Shown here: positions 60,199-64,000 of the stretch, one piece after another
Layout of the letters: every line of letters begins with the position of its first letter
How positions within the stretch are numbered: the first letter of the stretch is position 1
NCBI GenBank assembly: GCA_963666485.2
Contig: CAXXUO010000001.1
Span: forward strand, 320,001 to 384,000
DNA length: 64,000 bases
DNA from: Syntrophorhabdaceae bacterium
GTDB taxonomy: Bacteria > Desulfobacterota > Syntrophorhabdia > Syntrophorhabdales > Syntrophorhabdaceae
Direction of reading: 5' to 3'
Notes under the pieces: generated by a model
What the model was told of the DNA's origin: nothing
The model's input: the letters and a program-made list of their open reading frames with translations, nothing else
Databases searched by the model: none
Made by a program: the position numbers and the translations under genes

Positions 60199-61158
60199 AT
60201 GCCGCGGGTAAGCATAGTCATCCCCAATCTCAACGGCGAACACCTCCTGCCCATGGCGCTCGACACCCTCCGCAAACAGACCTTCAATGATTTCGAGGTT
60301 ATCGTCGTCGACAACGGCTCGAAGGACGGATCGCTCAAGCTGTTGAAAGAAAAATATCGTGAGGTCCGCATCGTGTCCCTCGACAGGAACTACGGCTTCG
60401 CCTACCCGGTCAACCGGGGCATCGAGGCGTCGAAGGGTGAATTCGTGTGCCTGCTCAATAACGATATCGAACTTGACCCGCGGTGGATGGAAGAACTCCT
60501 CACGGCCCTCGAGAAGAACCCTGAAGCGGGTTCCGCGGGACCCAAGCTCATGCGTTATCACGAGCGCGAAAGGATCAATGTTCTCGCGATACGGGTAAAC
60601 CGGGACGGCCATGTCGAGATCGTCGGGGCCGGCGAGCGCGACACGGGCCAGTACGATGAAGAGCATCTCGTCTTCGGTGTCAACGCCGGGGCCTCGATGT
60701 ACCGCAAGGCCATGTTCGACGACATCGGGCTTTTCGACGAGGTCTTTTTCGCGTCGTTCGAAGACGTCGACCTTGCCTTCAGGGCGCAACTCGCGGGCTA
60801 CAAGGCGCTGTACGTTCCGCAGGCCGTCGGGTACCACATGGTGGGGGCGACGATCAAAAAGAAGCGGTATCGCCCGACATACCTCAACAACCGGAACTCC
60901 ACCCTGTTTTTCTGGAAAAACATGCCGGGTGAGCTCATCCGGAAAAACCTTGCGGGCATCATGGGCAGCAAGTCGGGCACATTTGCCAAAAGGGTCCTGA
61001 AAAATTTCTGGAAGCTCAGGACGCTCTATTATCTCAGAGGGACTGTCGCCGGCTACCTGCGCATGCCCCACGTCATGAAAGAACGCAAACAGATCCAGCA
61101 GATGCGCAGGGTGAGCCCCGAATACATAGAGTCGATCCTTGACAGGGATTTTGTATGA
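60199..61158 (+). CDS. GT2 glycosyltransferase
   Basis: VDNGSKDGS, LLNND, FEDVDL. Confidence 0.88.
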   Translation: MPRVSIVIPNLNGEHLLPMALDTLRKQTFNDFEVIVVDNGSKDGSLKLLKEKYREVRIVSLDRNYGFAYPVNRGIEASKGEFVCLLNNDIELDPRWMEELLTALEKNPEAGSAGPKLMRYHERERINVLAIRVNRDGHVEIVGAGERDTGQYDEEHLVFGVNAGASMYRKAMFDDIGLFDEVFFASFEDVDLAFRAQLAGYKALYVPQAVGYHMVGATIKKKRYRPTYLNNRNSTLFFWKNMPGELIRKNLAGIMGSKSGTFAKRVLKNFWKLRTLYYLRGTVAGYLRMPHVMKERKQIQQMRRVSPEYIESILDRDFV

Positions 61159-62147
61159 AAGTCCTTTTCCTGGTACAGGGATTCACGGTAGCGGCAAGCC
61201 GGTACCGCGTACTGCAATATATTCCGTATCTCAAAAATCAGGGTATCGAGGCAACCGTGTCCCTGTATCCGCGCAACCCTCTGGAGACAATGAGCTTTCT
61301 TGGGAAGCTCCCGGAATATGACTGCCTGTTCCTTCAGCGAAAACGTTTCCGGGGGCCGTTTCTTGCCCTCGTACGCAAGCGTGCGAGAAAGATCATCTAT
61401 GATTTTGACGATTCGGTAATGTACCGCAATTCCAAGGCCGGGAGCCCCTACTCCCGGACGCGGATGAAACGGTTCGCCGACATGGTGAAGGCCTCGGATT
61501 TTGTCATCGCAGGGAACCGGTTCCTGATGGAGCAGACGGTCCCGTTCACAAAAAAAGTGGACGTCCTGCCGACAGCACTCGATGGCGGGCGTTACGTTCC
61601 AAAAGATTACAGCAAAGGCAAGGAACGGGTCACGATCGGTTGGATCGGTGACCACGGGAGCATCCATTACATGGAGAAGATGAAACCGATATTCGAAAGC
61701 ATCGGCCGGACCTACCCAAAAACAGAGCTCAGTATTGTCTGCGACGTATTCATTGACTGCCGTGACATTCCGGTCATCAAGAAAGCCTGGTCGCAGGAAA
61801 CGGAGATAGAGGACCTCAGGGATATGGATATCGGGCTCATGCCCCTCATGAACGATCTGTGGTCAGAGGGCAAATGCGGGCTCAAGATACTCCAGTATTT
61901 CGGCGTCGCGGTGCCCGCGGTGTGCACCCCGGTCGGCGTCAATAAAGACGTTGTGAAAGACGGCGAAACGGGATTCTATGCGAACACCCCGGACGAATGG
62001 GTCGACAGGCTGTCGAAACTTATCGAGGACCCGGGCTTAAGAAGGCGGATGGGTGAGAGCGGGCGCGAGGTCGTGATGAAGGATTATACGATCGAGGCAT
62101 GCGCGCCGAGACTGCTGGAAATTCTCTATAACACAGCGGGAAGGTGA
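61155..62147 (+). CDS. GT4 glycosyltransferase
   Basis: SRYRVLQY, YDFDD, GKCGLKILQY, PVGVN. Confidence 0.85.
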   Translation: MKVLFLVQGFTVAASRYRVLQYIPYLKNQGIEATVSLYPRNPLETMSFLGKLPEYDCLFLQRKRFRGPFLALVRKRARKIIYDFDDSVMYRNSKAGSPYSRTRMKRFADMVKASDFVIAGNRFLMEQTVPFTKKVDVLPTALDGGRYVPKDYSKGKERVTIGWIGDHGSIHYMEKMKPIFESIGRTYPKTELSIVCDVFIDCRDIPVIKKAWSQETEIEDLRDMDIGLMPLMNDLWSEGKCGLKILQYFGVAVPAVCTPVGVNKDVVKDGETGFYANTPDEWVDRLSKLIEDPGLRRRMGESGREVVMKDYTIEACAPRLLEILYNTAGR

Positions 62148-62155
62148 CCGGCGGT

Positions 62156-62872
62156 CTATTTTACCCGCTTCAGGTAACCCCGCGGGTTGAACGTCATAAA
62201 AAACTTTTCTTTCTCAGCATCGATGATAAAGCGGTCATCCTTTGTTAAAAATTCCTCGATAGCCTCCATCGGCCCCGGGCCATGCTCAACAAGGACCGGG
62301 TGGCCGTTCACATTTGAATCCTCCACGATCAGGTAACAACCTTTCGAAACGAGATCGCTGTATATTTTCAATTCCTGGTCAACATGTTTCTTGCTGTGGT
62401 CGGAGTCGAGTATGATCATAGTTTTTTCATCTTTCTTAACATGCTTCTTTACCTGCGCCACGACATCAGGGGCGACCGAAGACCCGGCAATATACGTAAT
62501 GCGGGGATGCGCGGGCCTTTTGGGCTTCGTGTCTATATCGACGCTCACGATCCTTCCGGTACCGATGAGGTCGCACATTGAAGCAAGGTAAAGCGTGGTC
62601 CCGCCTTCCGCCGTGCCGCATTCCACGATGAGGTCGGGCCGCGTGTCCCAGAGCGTTTCCTGGTATATCCACAGGTCAAGCGGGCATTTCTGCACGAAGA
62701 CGCCGAGCCAGCGGGTATTCTTCCAGGTCTTGCCCTGCAATGCCGCGTCATAATAAAGCCTGTGGAACTGGGTGACAATCTCTTTTTCGGTTTCGGGATT
62801 GCCGAATTTTTTCTTGTCGAGATATTTTCTTACTTTCCGTATTCCCCGTTTCGCCTCTTTGACAACGCCCAT
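62156..62872 (-). CDS. CmcI-family (cephalosporin hydroxylase-like) O-methyltransferase
   Basis: KCPLDLWIYQE, PDLIVECGTAEGG, ILDSDH, TFNPRGYL. Confidence 0.88.
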   Translation of the reverse strand: MGVVKEAKRGIRKVRKYLDKKKFGNPETEKEIVTQFHRLYYDAALQGKTWKNTRWLGVFVQKCPLDLWIYQETLWDTRPDLIVECGTAEGGTTLYLASMCDLIGTGRIVSVDIDTKPKRPAHPRITYIAGSSVAPDVVAQVKKHVKKDEKTMIILDSDHSKKHVDQELKIYSDLVSKGCYLIVEDSNVNGHPVLVEHGPGPMEAIEEFLTKDDRFIIDAEKEKFFMTFNPRGYLKRVK

Positions 62873-63007
62873 ACGCCCCTCGTCCCTTCTCTAAATCTGT
62901 GATATGAAAACGCCATATTCTCACCCCGCGCGTGATATGATGTCAACACAAAAGTCGTTTTCAATCCTCTGGTCATTTCCGCACCGGTGGTGTATAGTGA
63001 TTTTCAC

Positions 63008-64000
63008 ATGAAGAAATACCCGGCAGAAAAATTCACCTGGTTCGTGAAGGACGAAGATGTTTTTCCCGTCGTCCAAGATATCGTTCATCCTGAAGGCGAT
63101 AGGCGAAGCTACCATATTCGTCAGTGGCGCGGATCGAAGGTATTCATCAAGACATTCAGCGAAAAAGGTGTGGCAGGAAGGGTCCGCTCTCTCCTGGCGC
63201 CGCGCGGCAAAAAAGAATACCTCATAGCGGAGAGGCTGGGCTCGCTCGGCGTCCCTTCTCCTGTTCCCCTGGGCTATGCCGTCGGGCAGAATGTCTCCGC
63301 CATCATCGAGACGTGTATCGACGGCAGGACGTTCCTCGACGTATTTAAGAATACCGATGACAGGGGCCGACTGCTGAAGGAGCTTGCGCATTTCCTTCGC
63401 TTCCTCAAGGCGAAAAAGGTGCGCCACGACGACCTTCACCTCGACAATATTCTCGTTTCTGGCGAGACGCTGCACCTCATTGACCTGCACAAGGTACGGA
63501 TAAAAGCGGCATTCACCGAAACGGACGAGATCACGAACGCGAAGCATGCTCTCGGGACGATATATTACGACATGGGTCCCCCGGAGCGCAGCCTCTTCTT
63601 TGCCGCGTATGAGGCCGAACCGGTTATGGCGGGCAAGATCACGGACGCGATCAGGTCGTTGCGCGATGCATGGGTCGTAAACAAGATGGCCCGTGCATTC
63701 CGCGATACCTCGGTCGTGCGCCGGGACGGAACGAGATTCATCATCCGAAACCGTGAAGGATCAGGCAGCGGTAAATTTGTTGAAATGCTGAAGAAAGACA
63801 GGAAAGTGCGGGTCGAGCGCTACGGTGATCACGTGCGTAAAACATATACGGGCATATTTCGTCTCAAAGCCGCATGGCGAAACCATGTCGCCCTGGAATA
63901 CCTGCGCAAGGCCATCACGCCCGCCGTTTATTATGCCGAGGTCCCCAAACACGGGCACGGCTATATAGCCATGGAAGATCTGACAGGCAGGGGCGAGGAA
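63008..64000 (+). CDS. LPS kinase (WaaP/Kdo/InaA family), truncated by window end
   Basis: ATG 63008 reads MKKYPAEK...VFIK...KKEY...HDDLHLDNIL...LIDL; a second kinase-like lobe appears to start near the end. Confidence 0.8.
   Translation, partial: MKKYPAEKFTWFVKDEDVFPVVQDIVHPEGDRRSYHIRQWRGSKVFIKTFSEKGVAGRVRSLLAPRGKKEYLIAERLGSLGVPSPVPLGYAVGQNVSAIIETCIDGRTFLDVFKNTDDRGRLLKELAHFLRFLKAKKVRHDDLHLDNILVSGETLHLIDLHKVRIKAAFTETDEITNAKHALGTIYYDMGPPERSLFFAAYEAEPVMAGKITDAIRSLRDAWVVNKMARAFRDTSVVRRDGTRFIIRNREGSGSGKFVEMLKKDRKVRVERYGDHVRKTYTGIFRLKAAWRNHVALEYLRKAITPAVYYAEVPKHGHGYIAMEDLTGRGEE

Overview
Bacterial chromosomal window; gene content and style suggest an anaerobic Deltaproteobacterium-like organism (inference only). 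Bases ~200-9885 are an AT-rich ~9.6 kb integrative element inserted in tRNA-Cys(GCA), bounded by a 56-bp direct repeat that begins at the anticodon loop. It carries a tyrosine integrase, a Rep initiator with five 21/22-bp-phased iterons plus an AT-rich tract, an RHH regulator and a candidate 16-aa type I toxin. It also carries four defence-like cargo genes: ABC-ATPase/TOPRIM nuclease, GmrSD (DUF262-HNH), a putative helical DNA-glycosylase-like protein and a SIR2-like protein. Paired GGTTAGAA arm-like sites also occur outside the left att, implying a second related element in tandem beyond the window start. The GC-rich remainder is mostly housekeeping: tRNA-Cys/tRNA-Gly, a large glucosylglycerate/trehalose/glycogen cluster, nitroreductases, thiD-thiC-xseA, a sigma54 Spy/ZraP-ZraSR-like locus, an Mla/MCE ABC transporter, trpS, ftsB and an LPS-core cluster. 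Five intergenic elements built from inverted arrays of 7-bp repeats recur along the backbone. Single-base indels (DegT gene, apparent waaF-hldA fusion) suggest sequence errors or recent frameshifts. All calls are from motif reading only; no database searches were run.
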